A DNA stretch of 64,000 bases from Octopus vulgaris (Eukaryota), in the NCBI GenBank assembly GCA_951406725.2, contig CATOCA020000002.1, positions 1,240,001 through 1,304,000 on the forward strand, given 5' to 3'. A program made the translations under genes and the position numbers. Below are positions 52,628 through 64,000 of the stretch, one piece after another. Below the pieces are notes generated by a model that saw only the letters and a program-made list of their open reading frames with translations, did no database searches and was not told the origin of the DNA. The first letter of the stretch is position 1; every line of letters starts with the position of its first letter.

Positions 52628-54940
52628 GGATGAGGATGCAAAGAGAGAGGTTTGGAGACACCATTATGAGAGGCTGCTAAATAAGGAAGATGAATGGGAT
52701 AAAGAGAGTCTGCTGAATGTCAACCCAACAGAGGGACCAGCTATCCGAGTAGACAGTTCCTTAGTAGTTAAGGCAATTAGAAGCATGAAGACAGGGAAAG
52801 CTCCAGGCCCATCAGGAATTACTGCAGAGATGCTTAAAATATCTGGTAGTGTCGGCTATAGCCTAGTCACCCATATAGTTAACCAGGTGATACACGAAGG
52901 AGTCATACCCAATGACTGGTGTAGCAGCATAATAGTCAACTGCTACAAAGGTAAAGGTGATGCTTTAGATACAAATAATTACAGAGGTATCAAGCTGTTG
53001 GATCAGGTAATGAAGGTTACGGAGAGGGTCATAGCCCAACTGATTAGGAAGAGAGTCAGCTTGGATGAGATGCAGTTTGGTTTCATGCCAGGGAAAAGCA
53101 CCACTGATGCCATATTTCTGGTGAGACAGCTGCAGGAGAAATACCTAGCCAAAGATAAGCCCCTGTACCTGGCTTTTGTTGACATGGAGAAAGCTTTGAC
53201 AGGGTCCCCCAATCCCTTATCTGGTGGTCAATGAGGAAACTAGGAATAGATGAATGGTTAGTGAGAGCCGTGCAAGCCATGTACAGGGACACTGCTAGTA
53301 AGGTGAGGGTTGGCAACGAGTACACTAAAGTATTCAGGGTAGAGGTAGGGGTCCACCAAGGTTCAGTCCTCAGCCCCCTCCTATTTATCATAGTCCTCCA
53401 GGCAATAACGGAGGAATTCAAGACAGGATGCCCCTGGGAGCTCCTATATGCTGATGACCTTGTTCTAATTGCTGAGTCACTATCAGAACTAGAGGCAAAG
53501 TTTCAAGCGTGGAGACAAGGATTAGAATTGAACGGCCTTAAAATCAACCTAGCTAAAACCACAGTCCTAATGTGTAGGAAGCCAGGCAAATCACAAACAC
53601 CTTCAGGTAGATGGCCCTGCTCGATCTGTAGAAAAGGCGTAGGTAGAAACTCTATAAAATGCACCAAGTGTAAGCTATGGACACATAAGAAGCGCAACAA
53701 TGCCAAAGGAAAGCTAACTGGGAAAATAGTTTTTGTATGTGGCAGATGCTCAGGAGCAATAAACACTGAAAATGCTCAGAGACCATCTTCCGCCACATTC
53801 CAGGGAGAAAAACTAGAAATTGTTGATAGCTTCCGTTACCTAGGTGACCAAGTCAGTAGCGGGGGTAGGTGTGCTGAAAGTGTAACTGCTAGAGTAAGAA
53901 TAGCCTGGGCAAAGTTCAGAGAGCTCTTACCTCTGCTGGCGACAAAAGGCCTCTCGCTCAGAGTAAAAGGTAGACTGTATGACGCATGTGTACAAACAGC
54001 CATGCTACATGGCAGTGAAACTTGGGCCGTGACTGCTGAGTATATGCGTAAGCTCGCAAGAAATGAAGCCAGTATGCTCCGATGGATGTGTAATGTCAGT
54101 GTTCATACTCGACAGAGTGTAAGTACCTTGAGAGAAAAGTTGGACCTAAGAAGCATCAGTTGTGGTGTGCAAGAGAGATGTTTGCGCTGGTATGGTCATG
54201 TAGCGAGAATGGATGAAGATAGTTGTGCGAAAAAGTGCCACACCCTAGCGGTTGAGGGAACCTGTGGAAGAGGTAGACCCAGGAAAAACTGGGATGAGGT
54301 GGTGAAGCACGACCATCAAACTTTAGGTCTCACCGAGGAAATGACCAGAGACCGAGACCTTTGGAAGTATGCTGTGCGTGGGAAGACCTGGCAGGACAAG
54401 TGAGACCATAACCCGTGGCCTCTACCTGGGACATAGCCAGCCCACTTATGCATACCTTTCCTTCTTGTGACACAAACCCTACTTGTGAAGACCTGTTGAG
54501 GCAAGTGAAAATCAAAAATCAAAATCAAAATCGATCAACATCAATGGAAATTGTAGCTGTGATACCAGTGCCGGTGGCATGTAAGAGAACCATCCAAACA
54601 TGGCCGTTGCCAGCACCGCCCCGACTGGCTTCCGTGCCGGTGGCACGTAAAAAGCACCATCCGATTGTGGCCGTTGCCATCCTCGTCTGGCCCACGTGCC
54701 AGTGGCACGTAAAAAGCACCATCCGATCGTGGCCATTTGCCAGCCTCGTCTGGCACCTGTGCAAGTGGCACGTAAAAAGCACCCACTACACTCACGGAGT
54801 GGTTGGTGTTAGGAAGGGCATCCAGCTGTAGAAACACTGCCAGATCAGACTGGGCCTGGCGCAGCCTTCTGGCTTCCCAGACCCCAGTTGAACCGTCCAA
54901 CCCAGTCTAGCATAGAAAACGGACGTTAAACGATGATGAT
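52520..54940 (+). mobile_element. 5'-truncated, relatively young RTE LINE (RT with YADD, one frameshift near 53195; repetitive 3' UTR; GAT tail)
   Basis: ORFs 52623-53234 and 53231-54403: KAPGPSGI, NYRGIKLL, GVHQGSVLSPLLF, LLYADDL, LRWYGHVARM. Confidence 0.95.
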
Positions 54941-55550
54941 TTTCAATGAAAATGTTTGAATGAAATATAGAGAAAGAATAAAATCTTGTACCGCTTATAC
55001 CTTTATTTTAATTAATTCAAATTAATGTACCTCATCTTGAAAAGTGGTGAAATTGTTGGCAGTTGACATCTGGGATAATTTTAGTAACAAATCAGATAAA
55101 ATGCAATAAGAATTTTAATTTTAGTGTTTATCCATAATGCCATTGCTTTTAAACTTGTTAATTCAATTTACCTATCCATAAAAGTCCAATTTAATCAGAA
55201 ACATCAGCTAAAATTATATAACTATAAACCACTGGTATATAAGCACCCACTGACAAAATTTCAAATCAATATATAAAAAATTAACTAAGTTACAAGTAAA
55301 TGTTGCAGACATCCCTCTTGAACCTGAATAATTCAAAATTATGTGAACAAATAAGCATTACATTTGACAGATTAATCTGAACACTAAAGGGTTAAATATT
55401 GTTAGAAATGAAAAATTCTGTTCAGATAATTTCTCAAACACAAATTTGAACACTGCTCTCTGGTTTTGCAAGCGAAGACAAGAAAAATAATTGTCTGCGA
55501 TCATGTGATTATTTAAAGCATAGGCAGTATGATTTTGTTGCACTTTTTAC

Positions 55551-55782
55551 TGTGTGGGCGAACTATGGATACTACTATTGAACATGTGGCGAGTTTAGTC
55601 TTGTGCTGGGAGCTGAGTGACAGCAGCCGGTGTACGACGATGTGTGAGGTGGTTGGTTCGGAGTCTGCTGGAAGTCGATGTGAGTGGTTTATGTAGATAG
55701 TTGGTTTGAGGTCAATGTGAAGCGGTTGAGGTTGAGCAGTTTGTGTTGAACAGTTGTCACACTAACTGGTGTCAGAAGAGGG
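55551..55782 (+). mobile_element. probable LTR relic followed by a Gypsy-type primer-binding site
   Basis: TGTG...CACA then TGGTGTCAGAAGAGGG (tRNA-Leu-type PBS) at 55767. Confidence 0.5.
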
Positions 55783-56068
55783 ACATGTATGGTGACGGTG
55801 AACATTAGTGGTTAATGTGAACAACTCGGTTCAATGCAATGGTGAATGTGAGTTGGCTAATATGATCAGCAGCATCTTTGCTGCTAGGAGAACGGTTATA
55901 AGTCAGTTTGATGTGATAGTGAATGGGAGTCAATTATTGTGAATGGTGGCATCTTTGCTGTGAGGGGAATAGGTGTAAGTCAGTTTGATGTGACAGTGAA
56001 TTTAAGTTAGTTAATGTGAACAGTGTTGTCTTTGTAAGGTGGAAGGTTTTGAAATTGCTGTGAAAATA

Positions 56069-56808
56069 CTGTAAAAGCTCATGTAATTTATGCATTTTTT
56101 TTTTTGCAAAAATGAAAATAAACTTTAGGAGTGTGTAAATTAAATGAGTAGATCATTTCCAGAATTTTTTTTAGAAATGTTTTTTGTTGATAAAAGACAT
56201 ACAAAACATAAACATTTGTACCAGAAGTGCACTCATTAAATGTCAGAATAGGTTTTTACAGAAAAATAAGAGCTTAAATATAATGAAATTGACTTTTATT
56301 TATGCTGGACAGTATAATAGTATAATGCTTACTTTTTCTGTAGGAATTTACTAAAAAACATTTGTGTTTATTGGTAATTAAACTTAATTTGTAACACCTA
56401 TGCACATTTATCAGCGTTGTTTTTGTTGATAATTCTTAACAACTTTTCCTGTGATCCTGATTTGAGAAGACATATGTTAAAGATTGGACATAATCTTGTG
56501 GGCAAGAAATGTAAAATAAAGTTTATTATAAACAACATAAACTCTTTGTAATTTAATAGCTTTTAATGTGATACCTGTTAAATAGAAATTATTTTTATTT
56601 AATGAAAATTTAATAAAATCTCATCATAAGTAAGTGAAATTATGCTAAATATAACTAAATTGGAAACCTTTTTTCCCTGGCCATATTGGCAATTCTGAAA
56701 ATTTGGGGGTGCAAATTTTACATGAGTAGAAGCTTTTTTTAACAAATTTTATCGTGAAAATCACCTGTGTAAATTACACTGGTACGCAAATTACATGGGT
56801 TTTTACAG
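56069..56808. mobile_element. Tc1/mariner-pogo type MITE
   Basis: TA|CTGTAAAAGCTCATGTAATTT ... AAATTACATGGGTTTTTACAG|TA. Confidence 0.75.
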
Positions 56809-57512
56809 TAGTCAGTGTGAACTTGCCAACATAAAGAATGTAGAATGGTTACTTGACTAGTGTAAATTTGGAAGTAACAACAGAGTCTAGTCAACAAAAA
56901 AAAAAGATAACATAATGAATCATTACACTGGTCAATAAAAAGAAAAGCTCACCAAAACAAGTCTAAACATTTCAAAGGTAAATGAAAGAACTTTAAAAAA
57001 CTCTCTTAAGAACTGTCTGTTTATGCCATAAATGTTTATTGGCATCTTAAAGTTGTTTTATATTGTTTATACTTAACAGTTTTGTTTGTTATTGTCAACT
57101 CTTCTGACTTCTGTAACTACCACTTCTGCTCTAAGCAAGTTTGCTTGCTGAGTTCGCCTGAAGTCTCCTAGGTTATAAATACAAACTGTTGGAGCTCGCT
57201 GGTTGTATTGGGAGGCTGCGTGTTATCATCTTTGTGCTTTTTTCTTTGCGTGTTAAATAATTATAAAAACTTTATAAATTACATGTATTACAACAGGTCT
57301 AATATTATGTTTATAATTATAACTATAAATTTTTAACTATTACTGAGTTACACATACAAGGAGGCTTTTTTAAATTTTAAGTAGCCAAAAAAATTGATAA
57401 ATAAACCTTAAGATTGACTTCAACTTGATATATCTCAGCTATTTGAAAAGCATACTATACTTTATCTCCACCAGATGTATCTTTCCTTGTGAACTCCATA
57501 AAAATATATTAA

Positions 57513-58969
57513 CCCTTTTGTTACTAACCCGGCCAAAAAAGTTTTTGGCTCATAATACCAACCCGGCCGTGAGAACCTATTGTTATTTAAATGTAAATTT
57601 GAACCCAAATCTCGTTGGTACATTCGTTAAAACATGTGATTTCACATTGTAAATAGTTAAGTTATAGTATCCGACATTGCTTGAAGTGATATCTCAACTC
57701 AGTGAATTTTGGGAGATTTTTTTCCACATGTTTTTTGGCATCGATTTTTCTTCAACTTTGAAAATGGATAGGAGTTTTATGTTATCAAGCATTGATTCCG
57801 AATTTAAAGCTTTTTCAACGGAAAATAGGGAGATATCGAGAAAAAGAATGAAATAGGTACTAAAGCACGTAGTGTACAAAATAATGAATATTTTTTTATC
57901 CGAAAATGAAAGCAGCGCCTTCCGAAGAAACAAAGCGGCGAAGGCGACAGCGAAGACGATTTTACATCGGAATGAAGTAAAAAAACTTTTTAAATGTTTT
58001 TATTAGCAATTTTTCTGAGGAGATAAAGTTTATCTATATATAGCCTTTCTTAGGAAGTGAAACCATTAGACTTTTATTTTTATCAGTATGCTAGTTTGAA
58101 GCGATCACTTCGGAAACAAACTTACGCAGATTGTAAACAAACACAAAATGGGGGTTCAAAGTTTTGAAAATTTGTGAAGCAAATACTGGGTACTGTTGTG
58201 GATTTAGTTTTTATACAGGGAAACTAATGTTAGTCAGCATGGCTTAGGGTACGATGTAGTCTGGAAGTTATTGTTTGAAGCGATCAATGCGGAAACAAAC
58301 TTACGCAGATTGTAAACAAACACAAAATCCAGGTTCAAAGTTTTGAAAATTTGTGAAGCAAATACTGGGTACTGCGTGGATTTAGTTTTTATACAGAGAA
58401 AATAATGTTAGTCAGCATGGCCTAGGGAACGATGTGGTCTGGAATTTATCACTTCCATACCATAACCAGGGCCGTATATTATTTTTTGACCGATTTCTTT
58501 AGTTCGTTCAAACTTGAGGTGGATTCCAGTATTTCACTTTATTCCACCTTTATGGTTACACCTGTTGTGCATTAAATTCAACTGATGATCTAGTGATGTG
58601 CACAATTCTTCTTTATCAAAATTTTGTAGCATACCCATTTGAATATTAGCTGATGATTCATCTTCTATAGTGATGTTTAAACAAAATTTTAATTTTTTAC
58701 CTTTTGCTCAATTTAAAATTTTAATATTTTTACCTTTTGCTCAATTTACCTGGATTTACCTGTAATTAAAGTCACTTTGAGACAAAAGTTATGCAATAGA
58801 ATTGATTAAGAACCCTTTCTTTAATTATGTTCCAAATATCACATTAAAATGTTGATAAGTAAAAAAGTTACAGTTATTTAATGAAACAAGCCTAGATTCA
58901 TGATTATTTTAGAATTTAATTGAAACTCATGAGGGGTGTATTTTGGTCAGAAATATAGTAACGAAAGGG
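57513..58969 (+). mobile_element. internally deleted piggyBac element with ~179-bp internal tandem duplication
   Basis: TTAA|CCCTTTTGTTACTA ... TAGTAACGAAAGGG|TTAA; KWGFKVLKICEANTGY...YTGK and GRILFFDRF remnants. Confidence 0.9.
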
Positions 58970-59355
58970 TTAAAGAGAAAAAGAGTTATGCAGCTTTCAA
59001 TAATTACTAGTTGTAAATATATGTCTTGTAATTACAAAGATACTTAAATAACAATTTGTCAATACAAGGCAAACAGAAAATTCAGTCTACAATTGTTTTG
59101 TTTTAGTCGACCTTCTCTCCTAAGTCATTTGATTCCTCATTGTTCATAGTGTTTTATATATTTTTTATTATTACTCTCTTTTTAGAAAATTTTATTTCTG
59201 ATAAACATTAATTAGAAAATTCATTCTAAATAGGCAGATTTCATAATATTCAATGTAAAGAAAGTGTTATTCAATTTCGAATTTCTAAGAAAAATGAATT
59301 TACATCAATTATTGATCAATAAGAAATGAAATAATATGAACAAGTAAGCTAAAGA

Positions 59356-60692
59356 GTACTAGAATGAAAAATGCAAGCAAGGGATAGCAATATTCTTAAG
59401 TATTTAATAAACTGGAAAAATACAGGGCAAACAGTAAGCCTAAAATAAAAGAAGAGAGCTTAAAATATTGCAGCTAAGATAAAATTTGAATGGGTTGTCA
59501 ATTAAGTAAAATATTCAAAATAGCCAAGCCATTCAATACTGATCAACCATCTTTAAGCCAAATTTTTCACTATTGCTAAGCTTTACAGTAAATAAATTTT
59601 GAATTGTTTTAATGTATGAAAATAAAATGATAACTGCCATCATATTTTGTAACATTAGGTAGTTAAAATTGTTTTATTTATTAAATTTTTATTACAAATA
59701 TAAAGTAGGTAAATAAGTTAAATGCTTGACTACAGTAAAAATTTAAGCCTATTTAAAGTAATCAGATGTTTTCTTTCTTTTTTGGCAAAATTATTTTACT
59801 TAAAAAATTTTAATTTTTAGTTAGTTAACTAATTCTCAGTTCATTTTAATGTTAGGTAAATCTAACTTTCTCTCAAATAAATGCAGATATCATAGAGTTA
59901 ATCATAATAAAAGAAAATAAAGATAATCTTTATAGCATTGTATTAATAATAAATAAACAAAAATTAATCTCTATTTCAAAAATCTTCAAACAACTTTTAT
60001 TTGATTCATGGGTATTTATGATAAAGCACCAGATTATTTTTATTGAATTTTATATTTAACTGCAGGAGTGGCTGTGTGGTAAGTAGCTTGTTTACCAACC
60101 ACATGGTTCCGGGTTCAGTCCCACTGCGTGGCACCTTGGGCAAGTGTCTTCTACTATAGCCTTGGGCCGACCAAAGCATTGTGAGTGGATTTGGTAGACG
60201 GAAACTGAAAGAAGCCCGTCATATATATGTATATATATGTGCGTGTGTGTGTCTGTGTTTGTCCCCCTAGCATTGCTTGACAACCGATGCTGGTGTGTTT
60301 ATGTCCCCGTAACTTAGCGGTTCGGCAAAAGAGACCGATAGAATAAGTACTGGGCTTACAAAAGAATAAGACCCGGGGTCGAGTTGCTTGATTAAAGGCG
60401 GTGCTCCAGCATGGCTGCAGTCAAATGACTGAAACAAGTAAAAGAGAGTATTTTAAGCTCTTTCCTTTTATTTTAGGCTTACTTCTTGGTTGAAAGATGG
60501 TTGTTCAGTATTGAATGGCTTGGCTTATTTGAATATTTTATTCAATTAGCAACACCTTCAAATTTTATTTTAGCAGCAATATTTTAAGTTCCTTTCTTTT
60601 ATTTCAGGCTTACTTCTTGTCCTGTATTTTTCCAGGTTTATTAAATACTTAAGAATATTGTTATCCTTTGCTCACATTTTTCATTCTAGTAC
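59356..60692. mobile_element. foldback/MITE with ~205-bp terminal inverted repeats, carrying a SINE insertion
   Basis: 59356-59560 is a diverged reverse complement of 60488-60692. Confidence 0.75.
60063..60448 (+). mobile_element. well-preserved tRNA-derived SINE
   Basis: A box TGGCTGTGTGG, B box GGTTCAGTCCC, CORE-like ACCTTGGGCAAGTG, central microsatellite. Confidence 0.88.
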
Positions 60693-60727
60693 ACTGTATT
60701 GGTGAGAAAAGATCTATAGATGTTAGA

Positions 60728-61026
60728 ACTCAGAGAAAGGATGAGAAGGGACCAAGTATCCCGGCAGTTCACTGTACTTGAAAAGTAAACGCTTGATTGC
60801 TTTTGCATACAGGCACCTTGCGTAAGTGCTGGTACCATGTAAAAAGCACCCATACAAGTGCTGCATAAAAACACCCAGAACACTCTGTAAAGTGGTTGGT
60901 ATTAGGAAGGGATTCCAGCTGTAGAAACCCTGTGAACACAGACAGGGAGCTGAATGGCCCTTCAGCTGGTCAGCTCCTGTCAAACCGTCCAACACATGTC
61001 AGCATGGAAAACAGATGTTAGATGAT
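60728..61026 (+). mobile_element. RTE-tail-bearing non-autonomous element
   Basis: TTAGGAAGGGATTCCAGCTGTAGAAAC...CAGCATGGAAAAC; AGATGTTAGA at both 60718 and 61013. Confidence 0.65.
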
Positions 61027-61405
61027 CACTCGAGTACCCCAGTGGTCAATAATAGCAAGTGTTTTACTAAAAACTTTGTCATCATTATAATATTTTGGCT
61101 TGTATTTATGAATATTTAATTTTTCCTATTTCAGGTATTGAAGAAAAATGTACATGAAAGTTTCTAATGAGAGTATGAGGATCTAAATAAAAATGACAAA
61201 ATAACAGGAAAATAGGAAAATTATATTTATCACTCCCCAGACCCACTCATTATTCTACATTATGTTATTTTCTACAATAAATTCTCCAACCTAATTTTCC
61301 AAATGTTGGACTTGTATTCAAAACAACCAAATAAATATGCAAATTTACACATGGGTACATGATATTACAAACAGGTTGCATACACTTTCTAAAAGGTTTT
61401 CAAGG

Positions 61406-61592
61406 GTGGCACGTAAAAAGCACCCACTACACTCACGGAGTGGTTGGCGTTAGGAAGGGCATCCAGCCGTAGAAACACTGCCAGATCTGACTGGGCCTGA
61501 TGAAGCCTTCCAGCTTCACAGACCCCAGTTGAACCGTCCAACCCATGCTAGCATGGAAAACGGACGCTAAATGATGATGATGATGATGATGA
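61406..61592 (+). mobile_element. RTE 3' tail stub
   Basis: Close match to 54765-54940; (GAT)n tail. Confidence 0.85.
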
Positions 61593-62015
61593 AGTTTAGT
61601 TAATGCAAGAGCTGTTCATTTACAACATATGTCACATTCCATGGAAAAGTTAGAAATGTACATAATAAACACTATTATTCATATTCACTGCAAAAGTTCC
61701 CAAAGAACAATATTTCTTGTATATCAACATACCAAGGAGGCACCAACACACCTTGGCTTTCTGAATTTTCGATCTGTAACGTCAAATTATTTTTATGCTT
61801 TGTTCTGCTCAAATACATGCTTGTATTTAAATAAATAGGCTAAAGTTAAATACATGACACCTTTCAGTAAGTTGAATGTAAAAGGTAAAAGCGAAATATG
61901 AGGTAGAATGATATTGGAGTAAGTCTATATGCAAATATATGTAGTGTATTAAATATATAATGAGACATAACATAGCATAGCAGCCAATCCTGACAGCAAG
62001 GTTTTCTGGAAATAT

Positions 62016-63790
62016 GTGCATTCAAAGCAGAGACCTCACTCTCCAGTGGGCCCTCTTCGCAACCCTCACACAAACCAGATCACTGACGACCCCAAGGAAT
62101 GCGCAGAACTCATTGCTGAGTGCTATGCAAACATATTCACTGTTGAAAGTCAAAATGTACCATCTTCACCATCACTAACAGCAAATTCCATAACAACTAT
62201 GGAATTTACACCTGCAATGCTGCGACATCACCTTCAAAATAAGCGCAACTATGCCTCCCCTGGTCTCGATGGAGTTACATACCTGCTTCTCAAACGTGGC
62301 AGGTACTTCCTTTTACACCAGCTTTCTATTTTCTTCCAGTACTGTCTCAACAATGGTGCTACTCCGGAGCAGTGGAAAACTGCCAGTGTCATTCCTCTGT
62401 TCAAAAAGGGCGACCGCACATCACCTGTCAACTATCGCCCAGTCAGTCTCACTAGCTGTATTGCAAAACTGATGGAATCGTGTGTCAGAGAAACACTCTG
62501 GAACTTCTGGAGCTCTCACAGTCTCATCCGACCCTCGCAATATGGATTTGTCCTCAACTCCAGCTGCAGTGATCAGCTTGTCGAGTTCCTTGAGGACATT
62601 ACTCAGATCACTGACAGTGGCTCATGGGTGGATGTTGTCTACCTTGACTTTGCTAAGGCTTTCAACTCTGTGCCACACAAAAGGCTTATGGTGAAACTCT
62701 CTGCAATGGGTGTGAGGGATGACCTTTTTAACTGGTTGAAATCCTTCATCCTCAGCCGAAAGGAGGTAGTCACAGTTCTAGGACAGCACTCTACACCATA
62801 TGAGATGTCATCGGGTGTACCACAGGGATCTGTCCTTGGTCCCCTCTTGCTTGAGGCATACATTATAGATGCCAATTTAAAGAATGCCACAGTATTGAAA
62901 TATGCAGACAACATCAAGCTGTACCTTGAAATCAAGAGGACAGATCCTGATGTCTACAACTCTTTCCTGCAATCAGACCTAGACACAATGCAGCAGCAAT
63001 GGATCACAGACTGGCAACTGAAACTGGCTGTGGACAAGTGTACGACCATGCATTTTGGGAGAAAAAACCCTGCGTCCACATACTCCCTCCACAACACTGA
63101 TATCAAGAAATCCTCTTGCGAGCGTGACCTAGGCATCACTGTCAGCAGTGATTTGCATTGGACAAAGCATATCTCTAAAATTGTCAAGAAGGCCGAGGGT
63201 GTCTTGGCATCACTCAGCAAGACTTTTGTTAGCCGCTCTCCAGCCATCTATTTAAAACTGTATACAGCTATGGTACGACCACACTTGGAATTCGCATCAT
63301 CAGTTTGGAACCCCTATCTTGCTCAGAACATTGACCTCCTGGAATCTGTCCAGAGACGTGCAACCAAACGCATACCCTCCATCAGACACCTACCATATTC
63401 TGAGCGCCTTGTTTCCCTGGGCATGGATTCACTGAAGCTCCGGCGTCTGGCGACGGACTTGGTAAACACCCACAAAGTTATCAACCACCTCACCAACAAC
63501 AACACTGAACACCTTTTTGATCTCCATGTGTCTAACACACGTGGACATGCCTACAAAGTCAGAAAACAACACAGCTCCCATGACTTTCGGAAACATTTTT
63601 TCACGCTCAGAGTTGCTGAAGCATGGAATAAACTGCCTGCGTCAGTTGTTGACTGCCATGACACTGCATCCTTTAAGGCCCTCATGCTTTCCGAAATCCG
63701 CTGAAACTACACCTGATTATATATACACTTTAGATGAGTTCTAGTGCACCTGAGCACTGTACACAATTATTATTATTATTATTATTATTA
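62016..63790 (+). mobile_element. 5'-truncated CR1/L2-group LINE, 562-aa open RT frame, (ATT)n tail
   Basis: NYRPVSLTS, YLDFAKAF, GVPQGSVLGPLL, YADN (YADD degenerate), RPHLEFASSVWNP, FFTLRVAEAWNKLP. Confidence 0.95.
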
Positions 63791-64000
63791 TATATTTTGA
63801 TATGCAAACATACACACAAGACATTCTCCACAAACTTGCCAGGTAAACAGGCATATTAAATTCAGTATCATATATTTAATTTTTTTTCTTCTGCTTTTCT
63901 TAATCACTTTTCTTCTCTTTGATAGAGAGTATCATCCGAAACGTTAGATTCTCTTGTTTTTCTCCACACTGGCATATTTATCTTTATCATACACTTCTTT

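Noticed and set aside
60063-60135. tRNA gene
   Set aside because: A and B boxes are present, but it continues into a SINE body repeated several times in the window; no convincing cloverleaf.
63913-63948. Another hammerhead motif (…CATCC-GAAACGTT-AGA)
   Set aside because: The GAAAC half is present, but the CUGANGA core and stem II are too degenerate to call; 43930-43960 has the same problem.
48678-64000. Upstream OPLAH exon (expected ...GTDCALM...)
   Set aside because: Not found by eye; it probably lies beyond the window. A tblastn search would settle this.

Overview
Eukaryotic, AT-rich, repeat-dense animal DNA. The SINE, RTE and Penelope content resembles coleoid cephalopod (Octopus-like) genomes; this is an inference. 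The only host gene is 5-oxoprolinase (OPLAH) on the minus strand. Eight internal exons (48677 down to 1839) have GT-AG boundaries and matching phases, and the gene continues beyond both window ends. Everything else is intron filled with LINE (RTE, CR1/L2, R4-like), Penelope-like (PLE), Gypsy LTR, mariner, piggyBac, MITE and SINE relics. The most striking structure is at 28027-39567. It looks like a satellite (44 near-identical ~250-bp monomers, each with a variable (CT)n tract and a YY1-type motif). It reads straight into an RTE 5'-UTR motif and then an RTE 3' tail, so it may be one 11.5-kb non-autonomous retroposon with a hugely amplified 5' monomer array. It has split one arm of a young PLE inverted repeat. 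Several degenerate PLE-type hammerhead ribozyme motifs are also visible. Exon coordinates were read base by base; most transposon boundaries are approximate.
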